Positions 9,508 to 18,376 of a DNA stretch of 64,000 bases are shown here, piece after piece. The notes under the pieces were generated by a model. It searched no databases and was not told the origin of the DNA. It saw only the letters and a list, made by a program, of their open reading frames with translations. Both the position numbers and the translations under genes were made by a program. This stretch comes from Clostridia bacterium (GTDB lineage Bacteria; Bacillota; Clostridia; Oscillospirales; CAG-272), in NCBI GenBank assembly GCA_017537175.1, contig JAFYLH010000001.1, positions 15,387 to 79,386 of the forward strand, written 5' to 3'. How positions within the stretch are numbered: the first letter of the stretch is position 1; every line of letters begins with the position of its first letter.

Positions 9508-10806
9508 TTATATAATTACTCTTATCTTATCTATACCGTAATAGCGGAAAAGCTCGATGGCACTTTGGTCTATGACCTCTCCGCAGACCGCAATAGGCAC
9601 CGCAGGGGGACAGCTTACCGAGGGTGCGCCTAACACCCGTCCGAGAGCCTTATCGATGCTGACAGGCTCATTTTTTGACATTATAGCCTGTCTTGGGTTC
9701 ATAGCTTTTTCAAGGCACTTCAAGGCAGGCGGTGTGTCCTCTATGGGTGCGCGCCTGTCGATATACAGTAATGCGGATATGACCGATATTACCGCTTCCT
9801 TGTCGGGGGGAAGCATCATCACAAGATAGTCGGGGTCGGCAAACTCGCAGACTATTCCCTGCTCTGTCATCAGCTCTGACAGCTCTACACCGCTATAGCC
9901 GTATTTTTTTGCATCAAGGGTGAGCTTCATTGGCTCGTCGCCTACTGTGAAAAGGCTTTGCTTAAGCTCCTCTACACAGGGGATAGTATCACAAAGCCGC
10001 TGTCTCAACACGCTGTCAAGATAGCTGTTACAGCGATCAAGGGAATAAAGTATAAGGTATGACGGGCTTGTGGATGCAAAGAGACTCATTGCATCGTCCG
10101 CCATATCACAGAGATACTCGGGTGCGTTCCTTGAAATGTGGAGATATCCCGCCCCTGTAAGGCAAGGCAGGGTCTTGTGTGCCGAGTCACAGCATATATC
10201 CGCTCCAAGGTCTATTGGGTGCTGTGATGCGGGCAGAAACTTAAGATATGCACCGTGAGCGTTGTCGACCAACAGCATTACACCGTGGCGGTGACAGACT
10301 TCGGCAAGTCCCTTTATATCCGCCATATTACCGAGGTAATCGGGGGATGTGATATATACCGCTACGGGGTCGTTGTGCCGTAGGTATTCTTCAAGGGCGT
10401 CAGGTGTAATATTGCATGACAGAAGGCTGTCTCCGTAGAGCCAGTCTATCTCTATATCAAGGAGCGCACAGCCGTACATAAGCACCTTGTGGGCATTGCG
10501 CCCTGCGGCTATAAGAGGTCTTTTGTCACCCCGTGTAAGCATCGCAAGATAGAGCATAGCCTTGATTGAAAGGGACGAGCCCTCGGTGGAATAGAGGGTC
10601 CTCTGTGTGCCGAAGAGCCCTGTTGCGTTGTCCATACTCTGTCTGATAATGCCCTTGGCATTGTAAAGCACATCCGCACCCTCAATTTCGGTTATATCAA
10701 GTCCCTCGACACCCATACCGCCTACGCCCTTATGCCCCGGCATATGGAGGCGTAATTGGCTTCGGTCACGGTAGTTATCTAAAAAATCACAGATGGGGTT
10801 GGTCAT
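9508..10806 (-). CDS. PLP-dependent Orn/Lys/Arg decarboxylase family protein
   Basis: 432 aa with N-terminal LHMPGHKG and the PLP-lysine motif DSAHKTLP. The start overlaps the scfB stop by 1 nt (TAATG). Confidence 0.8.
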   Translation of the reverse strand: MTNPICDFLDNYRDRSQLRLHMPGHKGVGGMGVEGLDITEIEGADVLYNAKGIIRQSMDNATGLFGTQRTLYSTEGSSLSIKAMLYLAMLTRGDKRPLIAAGRNAHKVLMYGCALLDIEIDWLYGDSLLSCNITPDALEEYLRHNDPVAVYITSPDYLGNMADIKGLAEVCHRHGVMLLVDNAHGAYLKFLPASQHPIDLGADICCDSAHKTLPCLTGAGYLHISRNAPEYLCDMADDAMSLFASTSPSYLILYSLDRCNSYLDSVLRQRLCDTIPCVEELKQSLFTVGDEPMKLTLDAKKYGYSGVELSELMTEQGIVCEFADPDYLVMMLPPDKEAVISVISALLYIDRRAPIEDTPPALKCLEKAMNPRQAIMSKNEPVSIDKALGRVLGAPSVSCPPAVPIAVCGEVIDQSAIELFRYYGIDKIRVII

Positions 10807-12188
10807 TATTCTTCGTCTAAGCTCTTTGCGGCTTCAAGCATAATGGCACATTCCATACGCTTGCGGAAAAGGTCACAGCCGTCCTTGTAGATGCCCTTTA
10901 CCGAGCCTGTTGCGTGGTATGCATTAGCCGCGCATCCGCCCGAGCAATAAAGCTTTGCCCAGCAGTCACGACATTCGGACCTTGCATAGACATTACAGCC
11001 CATAAACTCGTCCTGCATCTCCTTGTTGGTGACACCCTGCCATACATCACCCAGCTTGAATTTTTCGTCACCTACAAACTGGTGGCAGGGGTAGAGGTCA
11101 CCCCAGGGAGTAACCGCCATATACTCGGTTCCCGAGCCGCAGCCCGATACTCTCTTATATATACAGGGGCCGCCCTTAAGGTCTATCATATAGTGATAGA
11201 AGGTAAAGGGTCTTCCCTCTTTTCGTCTTTCGAGCATAAGAGCAGCAAGCTGCTCATACTGCTCCATAACAATAAGCTTGTCCTCTTCGGTCAGAGCCAC
11301 GGGATCCCCCGGAGCTGTAACCACAGGCTCCATAGAAAGCTCATTGAAGCCAAGGTCAAGCATTACCTTGATATCCTCAAGGAAGTCGGGATTGTGGTGA
11401 GTGAAGGTGCCGCGCATATAGTAGTTCTTGCCGCCTCTTGCTTCTACGAACCTTTGGAACTTGGGAACTATCTTCTCCCAGCTTCCGTTACCTGCAAAGT
11501 CAACACGGTAGCGGTCGTGGACCTCCTTTCGTCCGTCAAGGCTGAGGACCACATTACTCATTTCACGGTTACAGAAGTCTATAACATCATCGTCAACCAG
11601 AACTCCGTTTGTGGTAAGGGTAAAGCGGAAGTTCTTGCCCTTTTCCTTTTCGATACTGCGGGCATAAGCCACAAGCTGCTTTACCACATCAAAGTTCATA
11701 AGAGGCTCACCGCCAAAGAAGTCGACCTCAAGGTTACGGCGGTTGCCCGAGTTCTCTACAAGAAAATCAAAGGCCTGCTTGCCTACCTCGTAGCTCATCA
11801 TTGCCCGCTCACCGTGGTACTTACCCTGACTTGCAAAGCAGTATGAGCAGTTGAGATTGCATGTGTGGGCGATATGTATGCACAGCGCCTTGACAACACC
11901 GGAGGTGCGCGCCTTAAGCTCACCCGCCATAGGCTCAAAGCTGTCGGGGGTATAGAGCTTGCCCATGGCCTTTAATTCATCTATCTGGTCAAGACATTCG
12001 GATACCTCCTCGGGGGTAACATCCTCTCTGTCCTTATATTTTTCAAGTGTTTCGGCGATTACCGTTTCTCTGTCCTTACTTTCATAAGCCTCAATCATAT
12101 CATAGGCAACCTCGTCCACCACATGGACCGAGCCTGAATGAATGTCAAGGACGATGTTAAGTCCGCCTAATTTATAGCAATGTAACAT
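10806..12188 (-). CDS. scfB: Radical SAM/SPASM thioether-forming SCIFF peptide maturase
   Basis: 460 aa with the radical-SAM CxxxCxxC motif (CNLNCSYC) and a Cys-rich C-terminal SPASM region. It lies directly downstream of a SCIFF peptide gene. Confidence 0.9.
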   Translation of the reverse strand: MLHCYKLGGLNIVLDIHSGSVHVVDEVAYDMIEAYESKDRETVIAETLEKYKDREDVTPEEVSECLDQIDELKAMGKLYTPDSFEPMAGELKARTSGVVKALCIHIAHTCNLNCSYCFASQGKYHGERAMMSYEVGKQAFDFLVENSGNRRNLEVDFFGGEPLMNFDVVKQLVAYARSIEKEKGKNFRFTLTTNGVLVDDDVIDFCNREMSNVVLSLDGRKEVHDRYRVDFAGNGSWEKIVPKFQRFVEARGGKNYYMRGTFTHHNPDFLEDIKVMLDLGFNELSMEPVVTAPGDPVALTEEDKLIVMEQYEQLAALMLERRKEGRPFTFYHYMIDLKGGPCIYKRVSGCGSGTEYMAVTPWGDLYPCHQFVGDEKFKLGDVWQGVTNKEMQDEFMGCNVYARSECRDCWAKLYCSGGCAANAYHATGSVKGIYKDGCDLFRKRMECAIMLEAAKSLDEE

Positions 12189-12199
12189 AGATTCTCCTC

Positions 12200-12229
12200 A
12201 TAAAAGTAGCCGCCCAAAAGGCGGCTACT
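12200..12229 (-). terminator. Intrinsic terminator/attenuator hairpin between scfA and scfB
   Basis: In minus-sense: AGTAGCCGCC-TTTTG-GGCGGCTACT followed by TTTTA, just upstream of the scfB RBS (GAGGAG). This fits precursor-to-enzyme stoichiometry control. Confidence 0.5.
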
Positions 12230-12302
12230 CGCTTTATAGCATATTAGAAGCTCGTGTGATGTGTCAAATACACCTCACCCGATTATAAACAGGCTCACCT
12301 GC

Positions 12303-12446
12303 TTACTTATTCTCTTTGTTCTCGCACTCCTGGTTTGCGATACCGCAGCTGGTCTTGCAAGCGGACTGGCAGGATGTCTGGCACTCGCCGCAACCGCCCT
12401 TGTTGGTGCAAAGATTCTTAGTTTCTAAAGTCTTGATATGCTTCAT
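12303..12446 (-). CDS. scfA: SCIFF (six-cysteines-in-forty-five) ribosomal peptide precursor, not in the ORF track
   Basis: Hand translation gives MKHIKTLETKNLCTNKGGCGECQTSCQSACKTSCGIANQECENKENK*, containing the canonical GGCGECQTSCQSACKTSC core. A GGAGG RBS is present. Confidence 0.9.
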   Translation of the reverse strand: MKHIKTLETKNLCTNKGGCGECQTSCQSACKTSCGIANQECENKENK

Positions 12447-12483
12447 TTCAGTTAGCCTCCGAAATTAAAATATTTATGGATAT

Positions 12484-12512
12484 ATTTTAGCACAATTATG
12501 CGTCTGTGTCAA
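12484..12512 (-). promoter_or_regulatory. Putative scfA promoter
   Basis: In minus-sense: TTGACA, 17 nt, TAAAAT. Confidence 0.45.
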
Positions 12513-12535
12513 TCATAAATGAGAAAATACTGAAA

Positions 12536-12847
12536 TTATTTATTCAAATAATTCTCAATATAGCCTTCGTATTCCAAAGTAATGCCTATATCGTACTTTT
12601 CAAAGTAGTGTATAAAATCACATGGAAAAATAAAATCCCCATCTTCGATTATACCTGCCTGTTCTATCCGTTCCCCATCAAATATATCTTCAACAGACAT
12701 CATAGCGATAGCGGAAACGGAAAGAGACTTCATATATGTTAGTATATCTGTTTTTGAGTATTTGTTGTTGATAGATCTGTAGAACTCAAAATCTTCATCA
12801 CATTCCCCGTATTTCATACCTTTGAAAAAACCGAAATATTTTTTCAT
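12536..12847 (-). CDS. Small acidic hypothetical protein
   Basis: 103-aa ORF immediately after the aldo/keto reductase gene. The only SD-like GAGGT sits about 15 nt upstream, and I recognised no motif. Confidence 0.4.
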   Translation of the reverse strand: MKKYFGFFKGMKYGECDEDFEFYRSINNKYSKTDILTYMKSLSVSAIAMMSVEDIFDGERIEQAGIIEDGDFIFPCDFIHYFEKYDIGITLEYEGYIENYLNK

Positions 12848-12851
12848 TAAA

Positions 12852-13955
12852 TTATTTATTTACCTCAAAAGTATTTGCCACAGTTTCAAGAAGTTCTGTA
12901 ATCTTAAGATGCTGGGGACACATAGCTTCACAGGCTCCGCACTTGATGCAGTCGGATGCTTTGCCCTTGCCCGCGGTGTGTACGTTCTTATAATAATAGC
13001 CGGGATTCCAGTCATCTATGATCTGCTTGGTGTTATAGCAGGCAAAGAGATCGGGGATAGAAATATTCATAGGACAGCCCTCAACACAGTATCTACACTG
13101 TGTACAGGGGATTGTGTTTGCGTTCTTCATAACATCACGGATGATGAAAAGCCGCTTGATCTCCTCCTCGGTAAGGGGCTTAAAGTCCTTCATATAAGAG
13201 GTGTTGTCCTTGACCATATCCATAGTACCCATACCCGATAGCACGGCTGCAACACCCTCAAAGCCTGCCGCAAAGCGGATTGCATAGCTTGCGGGACTGC
13301 CCTCGGTCAGCAGACTCTGTGCCTTTTCGGGGAACTTGGCAAGACTGCCGCCACGTACAGGCTCCATTATGAATACAGCCTTATTGAACTTACGGCATAT
13401 CTCATAGCAGCGCTTGCTCTGTACGGCGGTGTCCTCGTAGTCAAGGTAGTTGAACTGTATCTGTACCACCTCTATCTCGGGATATGCGGTAAGTATCTCT
13501 TCAAGCAACTCGGGGGTGTCGTGGAATGAGATTCCGAAATGCTTGAACTTGCCCTCTGCCTTAAGCTTAAGTGCTTCCTCATAGGCATTGCAACGGCGGA
13601 ACTTGTCATATATACCCCTTGTCTGGGAGTGCATAAGGTACACGTCAAAATAGTCCACACCGCATAATTCAAGCTGCTTTTCAAACAGCGGGCGGATGTC
13701 CTCCCGGGTTTCAAAATAGTTCACCGACAGCTTGTCGCAAAGTACAAACTCATCTCTTGGATAGCGCTTTGCCACACATTCGCGGATAGCCACCTCGCTC
13801 AGTCCTCCGTGGTAGAGGTGAGCGGTATCGTAATAGTTAAAGCCCTCTGACTGAAAATAGTCCACCATTTCGCATATTTTTGCGTGATCGGGCTTATCGT
13901 CAGCTGTTGGCAGACGCATCATACCAAAGCCTAATAATTTTTTGATTCCAAACAT
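12852..13955 (-). CDS. Aldo/keto reductase with a C-terminal 4Fe-4S ferredoxin domain
   Basis: 367 aa. The AKR N-terminus (LGFGMMRLP ... NYYDTAHLYHGG) is followed by C-terminal CxxCxxCxxxCP motifs (CTQCRYCVEGCP, CIKCGACEAMCP). A GGAG RBS and an upstream TTGAAA-17-TGTTATAAT promoter (13986-14014) are present. Confidence 0.85.
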   Translation of the reverse strand: MFGIKKLLGFGMMRLPTADDKPDHAKICEMVDYFQSEGFNYYDTAHLYHGGLSEVAIRECVAKRYPRDEFVLCDKLSVNYFETREDIRPLFEKQLELCGVDYFDVYLMHSQTRGIYDKFRRCNAYEEALKLKAEGKFKHFGISFHDTPELLEEILTAYPEIEVVQIQFNYLDYEDTAVQSKRCYEICRKFNKAVFIMEPVRGGSLAKFPEKAQSLLTEGSPASYAIRFAAGFEGVAAVLSGMGTMDMVKDNTSYMKDFKPLTEEEIKRLFIIRDVMKNANTIPCTQCRYCVEGCPMNISIPDLFACYNTKQIIDDWNPGYYYKNVHTAGKGKASDCIKCGACEAMCPQHLKITELLETVANTFEVNK

Positions 13956-14029
13956 ATTCTTCTCCGTTAATTATATTATACCGTGATTATAACAGATAAC
14001 CCGATATATTTCAATATTTTGTTTATAGA

Positions 14030-16045
14030 CTAAATTAATTTTTGTGATATCAATATGCCAAGCGACAGCTTTTTAATGCTTCCGTTATCAAAGCGAACCG
14101 AGATAAGCTCGCCGTCACGGGAAAGTATACGGCCTCTGCCAAAGGCACGGTGGCTTATGACCGAAGCCACAGTAAAGTCGGTATATTTATCTGTTCCGAG
14201 CTGCTTTGAGGTCTCAAAAAACTCCTCGGTAAAGGTGGAGGGGGCTGTTGAATAGCTGAATATATGCAGTCTGTTCTTTGCCCTTGTGACCCCTACATAA
14301 AAGAGTCTGCGCTCCTCCTCGTAGGCTTTTATATCGGTTTCATCTGCGTTACGGTAGTTTGATATTACATTTTCGGGAAATATACCGTCACAGACATCTA
14401 TGAGATATACCGTATCATATTCAAGACCCTTTGCGGAGTGAATGGTTGAGAGGATAATTTTGCTGTCGATATTTTTCCGCTCGGAAAGTATATCCTCAAG
14501 CTCCTCAAGTCTTGTAATCAGTTCACGGGGTGAGGATAGCCTCTGTCCGATAGCCTCAAGGATAGACAGCTTATTATCTCTAATATTCATACGGTCAAGG
14601 TAATCACCGTAGCCCATATAATTCTTTATACGGTAGACCGCGCTTCCCGCCTTCTCTGCCCTCATATTCTGAAAATGAGTAGATAGTGCTTTTACCGATT
14701 TCCTTGTACCCTGGTGGATAGGCAGATATTCGGCGGCAGAAAGAATGTCAATGCGCTTCTGTGCGGCTATCTCGCAGGCGCGCTTGGCGTTGTCCTTGGT
14801 AAGATAGCTTGATATCTTATAGTATATCCGCATAAATATATCCGCATCGGTTTGATCGTAAGCAAAGGATATTATATCTCTGATATCTGCCGTCACCTTA
14901 TGGCTGAAAAATGTCAGATCTGCGGCTCTTGTACGGTATTCGATGCCGTTTTGCTCAAAGAGATCCACCAAGGGCAGCATTGATTCATTGTCGCGGTAAA
15001 GTATAGCGGTTTCTTTTTCGGGGTTCTGTGCAACCTTTAAAAGATAGCTGTACTGGCTCAGTCTTGAGGTGGAATTAAGCTGCTTTACGGGTGTTACGGC
15101 TCTGCGGGTCGGCTTCATTGTCTTTTGGTGACGGAGTTTATTCTTTTGTATAAAGCGATCTGCGTGAGCCACTATATTTGCATCCGAGCGGAAGTTTTCC
15201 TCCATAAGAAGAACCTTGGCATCATTATAATCGGATTCAAAGGACAGTAGTGCCTCGGGATAAGCGGCACGGAAGCCGTATATGCTCTGGTCCTCGTCCC
15301 CTACCATAAAGAGGTTACCCGAGGAAATCAGCTTGATTATCTCATGCTGGATCTTTGATGTGTCCTGTGCCTCGTCGACACAGATATATCTGTATTTTTG
15401 CTTTACTGCATTTAAAATGTCGGGGTATCTCTTCAGAATCCGGTGTGCATATACCATCTGATCGTCATAGTCCATAAGACCGCTTGCTCTCAGGGTGTCG
15501 TTGTACTGCTTATATATAGCATATAGATCTACGGTATCGTCGATATCCTTGATCTCGGCTTCGGTCAGCATCATATTCTTACAGTAGGTTATATATGACC
15601 TCACCGCTTTGATGTCGCTTTCGGTGGGGAAGGTATCCTCCACCACTTGGTATATCCTTGATATGATACGGCTTATCTCGCCCTCGTTTGTAATAACATC
15701 AAAGGCACGGGTGTCGTTATAATGCTCGTACATACCGATGATTCGCTGGCATACTCCGTTTATTGTACGGAATTCAAGTCTGTCGGCATATTCGTCCCCG
15801 AAAAATGCGGTAAAGCGGCTTCTCATATCATGAGTTGCCGATACTGTATAGGTCATTGTAAGAATGGATTCGGGTTCAATACCGCAATTATATATCATAT
15901 AACCAAGACGGCTGACAAGCACCGTTGTCTTTCCGCTTCCGGGTACGGCTAAAAGCAGGGTGTTACCATCAACACTCTGCACCGCCTTCTTTTGCTGATC
16001 ATTTAATTGTAATCCGAATTTTTCGACAAATCTGTTAATACTCAT
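14030..16045 (-). CDS. UvrD/Rep/PcrA-family ATP-dependent DNA helicase
   Basis: It has Walker A (AVPGSGKTT), a DEAQD box (VDEAQDTS) and the helicase C-terminal motif VGVTRAK. I trimmed the start to MSINRF (16045). The track ORF extends to 16135, and the start remains uncertain because there is no clear RBS. Confidence 0.8.
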   Translation of the reverse strand: MSINRFVEKFGLQLNDQQKKAVQSVDGNTLLLAVPGSGKTTVLVSRLGYMIYNCGIEPESILTMTYTVSATHDMRSRFTAFFGDEYADRLEFRTINGVCQRIIGMYEHYNDTRAFDVITNEGEISRIISRIYQVVEDTFPTESDIKAVRSYITYCKNMMLTEAEIKDIDDTVDLYAIYKQYNDTLRASGLMDYDDQMVYAHRILKRYPDILNAVKQKYRYICVDEAQDTSKIQHEIIKLISSGNLFMVGDEDQSIYGFRAAYPEALLSFESDYNDAKVLLMEENFRSDANIVAHADRFIQKNKLRHQKTMKPTRRAVTPVKQLNSTSRLSQYSYLLKVAQNPEKETAILYRDNESMLPLVDLFEQNGIEYRTRAADLTFFSHKVTADIRDIISFAYDQTDADIFMRIYYKISSYLTKDNAKRACEIAAQKRIDILSAAEYLPIHQGTRKSVKALSTHFQNMRAEKAGSAVYRIKNYMGYGDYLDRMNIRDNKLSILEAIGQRLSSPRELITRLEELEDILSERKNIDSKIILSTIHSAKGLEYDTVYLIDVCDGIFPENVISNYRNADETDIKAYEEERRLFYVGVTRAKNRLHIFSYSTAPSTFTEEFFETSKQLGTDKYTDFTVASVISHRAFGRGRILSRDGELISVRFDNGSIKKLSLGILISQKLI

Positions 16046-16190
16046 AAGTAAATTATACATAAATCCTGGCAAATATTCAAGGTTAATATGATAATTTATC
16101 AAAATCGAAAAAAAAATATAAAAAGCACTATACAACCGAAAAAAAATGTGATATAATATTTCCGTAAATTTTATGATTGAGGTGCTGAAA

Positions 16191-16874
16191 ATGAAGAAAC
16201 TCTATACAGGCAAAACAAAAGATGTTTATGCTCTCGACAATGGCAATGTAATGCTTAAGTTCAAGGATGACTGTACCGGTAAGGACGGCGTTTTTGATCC
16301 CGGTGAAAATGCAGTTGGTCTTACCATCGACGGTATCGGCAAGGCAAACCTTCAGTCTTCCATTCATTATTTTGAGCTTCTTAAGGAAGCTGGTATCAAG
16401 ACTCACTATGTAAGTGCTAACCTTGATGATGCTACTATGGAGGTTCTTCCCGCAACAGTATTCGGTCACGGTCTTGAGGTTATCTGCCGTCTTGTTGCAA
16501 CAGGCAGCTTTATCCGCAGATACGGAGAATATATGGAGGACGGCACACCCCTTCCCGGCGGTTATGTTGAGTGTACCTTTAAGAATGACGAGAAGGGCGA
16601 TCCCCTGGTAACAGGCGAGGGTCTTGTGGCTCTTGGTGTTATGTCTCCCGAGATGTTTGAGTCCCTTAAGTCCCAGACTTTGGCTATCACAAAGATAGTT
16701 GCAGATGATCTTAAGTCTATCGGTCTTGACCTCTGGGATATCAAGTTTGAGTTCGGCTACAACAATGACGAGGTTATCCTTATCGACGAGATCGCTTCCG
16801 GTAATATGAGAGTTTACAAGGACGGCGAAAAGGTTGATCCTGTAGAGCTCACCAAGATGATCAACAACAGATAA
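16191..16874 (+). CDS. purC: Phosphoribosylaminoimidazole-succinocarboxamide (SAICAR) synthase
   Basis: The N-terminus is [23 protein letters not shown] lies 7 nt upstream of the ATG at 16191, and an extended -10 (TGATATAAT) is at 16149-16157. Confidence 0.92.
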   Translation: MKKLYTGKTKDVYALDNGNVMLKFKDDCTGKDGVFDPGENAVGLTIDGIGKANLQSSIHYFELLKEAGIKTHYVSANLDDATMEVLPATVFGHGLEVICRLVATGSFIRRYGEYMEDGTPLPGGYVECTFKNDEKGDPLVTGEGLVALGVMSPEMFESLKSQTLAITKIVADDLKSIGLDLWDIKFEFGYNNDEVILIDEIASGNMRVYKDGEKVDPVELTKMINNR

Positions 16875-16888
16875 AATATATTCGTTTC

Positions 16889-16917
16889 AAAAGGGTCATA
16901 TTTCTATGACCCTTTTC
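16889..16917 (+). terminator. purC terminator
   Basis: Hairpin AAAAGGGTCATA-TTTC-TATGACCCTTTTC. Confidence 0.6.
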
Positions 16918-16929
16918 TTTATAATATTT

Positions 16930-16954
16930 AAAGGTCACCTTTTGGTGACCTTTT
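16930..16954 (-). terminator. Terminator of the large minus-strand fibre operon
   Basis: Hairpin AAAGGTCACC-TTTT-GGTGACCTTT located 6 nt after the stop of the last operon gene. Confidence 0.6.
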
Positions 16955-16959
16955 ATATT

Positions 16960-17685
16960 TTAATTGTTCGCAAACAACCATTCCGGATCAGCACCGAAAA
17001 ATTCCTTAAATCTGTCAGGCTGAACCGACTCGACAACAGCTACAAGCTTCATATTTATACCGCTGGTTGTATCACTGTCATATTTGGTCGAGGCAGATGT
17101 AACGAAAGGAACCTCTGTAGGATTTCTCTTTTTAACCGTTTTTCCGTTCTCGTCCTTTTCGTTAACCTCTGTGTATGTCACGACATTTTTGTAATAGTAA
17201 TAATCTCCAACCTTTATCCAATCATCACCCAAAGTATAGGTGACATCTGTCGCAGGATGCATAACCTCGGTATCACCGCTAAGGGTATAAAAGTTCTCAA
17301 AAAGCTGTACTCTGATGTAAGCAGAGCTGGGTCCGGTGAATTTGACCTTAAGCTGTAATTCATCCAAATCATAAATATTAAAGACAACATCATCTGTAAG
17401 ATCGGTAAAATCGGATTCAGACGAAGACAACTTATAGAGGGTCTGTGTTTCAAAATCGGTGGTTATAACCGTAAGATCCGCATCCTGCTCGGGTGCAAAC
17501 CAAGAAAATGCCATACCGATAGAAAACACAACTACCATCAGAATTACAACAATTGCTGCAATCAGTATGCTGTAACGGCGGCGAAATTCCCTGCTTGAGG
17601 AAATATCATTCCTTTGCTTAACTTCACTGCCTTTTTTTGATATAGTTTTATCAGGCAGATTAGGTAATTTTTTACTTTTACTCAT
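16960..17685 (-). CDS. Secreted TasA/camelysin-like (SipW-substrate-like) protein, minor subunit candidate
   Basis: 241 aa with a basic N-terminus and a hydrophobic helix ending in ...IGMAFSWFAPEQD. This resembles the SipW-cognate signal-peptide end (A-x-F-S/T-D). It is the last gene of the operon. Confidence 0.5.
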   Translation of the reverse strand: MSKSKKLPNLPDKTISKKGSEVKQRNDISSSREFRRRYSILIAAIVVILMVVVFSIGMAFSWFAPEQDADLTVITTDFETQTLYKLSSSESDFTDLTDDVVFNIYDLDELQLKVKFTGPSSAYIRVQLFENFYTLSGDTEVMHPATDVTYTLGDDWIKVGDYYYYKNVVTYTEVNEKDENGKTVKKRNPTEVPFVTSASTKYDSDTTSGINMKLVAVVESVQPDRFKEFFGADPEWLFANN

Positions 17686-17691
17686 ATATTA

Positions 17692-18348
17692 TCATTCACC
17701 CGTATTCAATACTATCTTAAAGCTCATCATCGCATTGAGATTGAGTGCGCCTTCCTCGTCAATTATCTGTCCATAGGTTTTACCGGTTTTTTCGTCAACA
17801 TAGTGGTAATCAGCCCAGAATATGATAGCTACCATATGCTTATACACGCTGCCTTTGAAGTCGTCAGAGGTATATATCAATACGGCATCCTTGTCATTAC
17901 CCGAGCCTGCGGTATGGTTATTGTTTATCGTCTGTGAATAAGCTAAATTTGTATCTGTTCCCGCAACATAATCGGTATCAATGTAATAATGAAGACCCTT
18001 AGGAACAGTAATAGATATGCTTACATTGTTAGGCAAGGGGGACTCTACCTCAAGAGGCATTACACGAATAGCTTTTGAAAAGTCGTTAACGGAAATCTCA
18101 TCGTCACCCAGCTTGGTGGCTGAGGGTAATATGACCGATTTATCTGTAACGATATCCTGACCCAGTTCTGTTCCGTCCTGCTCGGATTTAACAGAAATAT
18201 AGAACGGATCGACCGAAACTGCTGTGTCGTCACCAAACCAGGCAAAAACCGCTGTTATAAGCAGAACGATTGCAAGGAGAAGTATGGCACCTGATTTTAT
18301 AAACTCGTTGCGCAGGTGACGCTTTCTTTCAAGCTCAACAGGTCTCAT
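17692..18348 (-). CDS. Secreted TasA/camelysin-like (SipW-substrate-like) protein, minor subunit candidate
   Basis: 218 aa. The signal-like N-terminus ends in ...ITAVFAWFGDDTAV. An AGGAGA RBS is present. Confidence 0.5.
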   Translation of the reverse strand: MRPVELERKRHLRNEFIKSGAILLLAIVLLITAVFAWFGDDTAVSVDPFYISVKSEQDGTELGQDIVTDKSVILPSATKLGDDEISVNDFSKAIRVMPLEVESPLPNNVSISITVPKGLHYYIDTDYVAGTDTNLAYSQTINNNHTAGSGNDKDAVLIYTSDDFKGSVYKHMVAIIFWADYHYVDEKTGKTYGQIIDEEGALNLNAMMSFKIVLNTGE

Positions 18349-18376
18349 ATCTTTCTCCTTTCATCAAATTTTTACT

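Noticed and set aside
10914-11846. 310-aa plus-strand ORF.
   Set aside because: It is entirely antisense to scfB, which has unmistakable radical-SAM/SPASM motifs. It has no RBS or recognisable motif.
16046-16135. The 30-aa N-terminal extension of the helicase ORF (MYSAFYIFFSILINYHINLEYLPGFMYNLL).
   Set aside because: It is hydrophobic, AT-rich and outside the conserved UvrD N-terminus. It overlaps the purC promoter region, so it is likely non-coding. The exact helicase start remains uncertain.
16100-16190. Purine riboswitch upstream of purC, and likewise in the 36244-36330 region upstream of purF.
   Set aside because: Both leaders are short (under 90 nt) and lack the conserved guanine/adenine aptamer core. 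Only promoter and RBS signals are visible.
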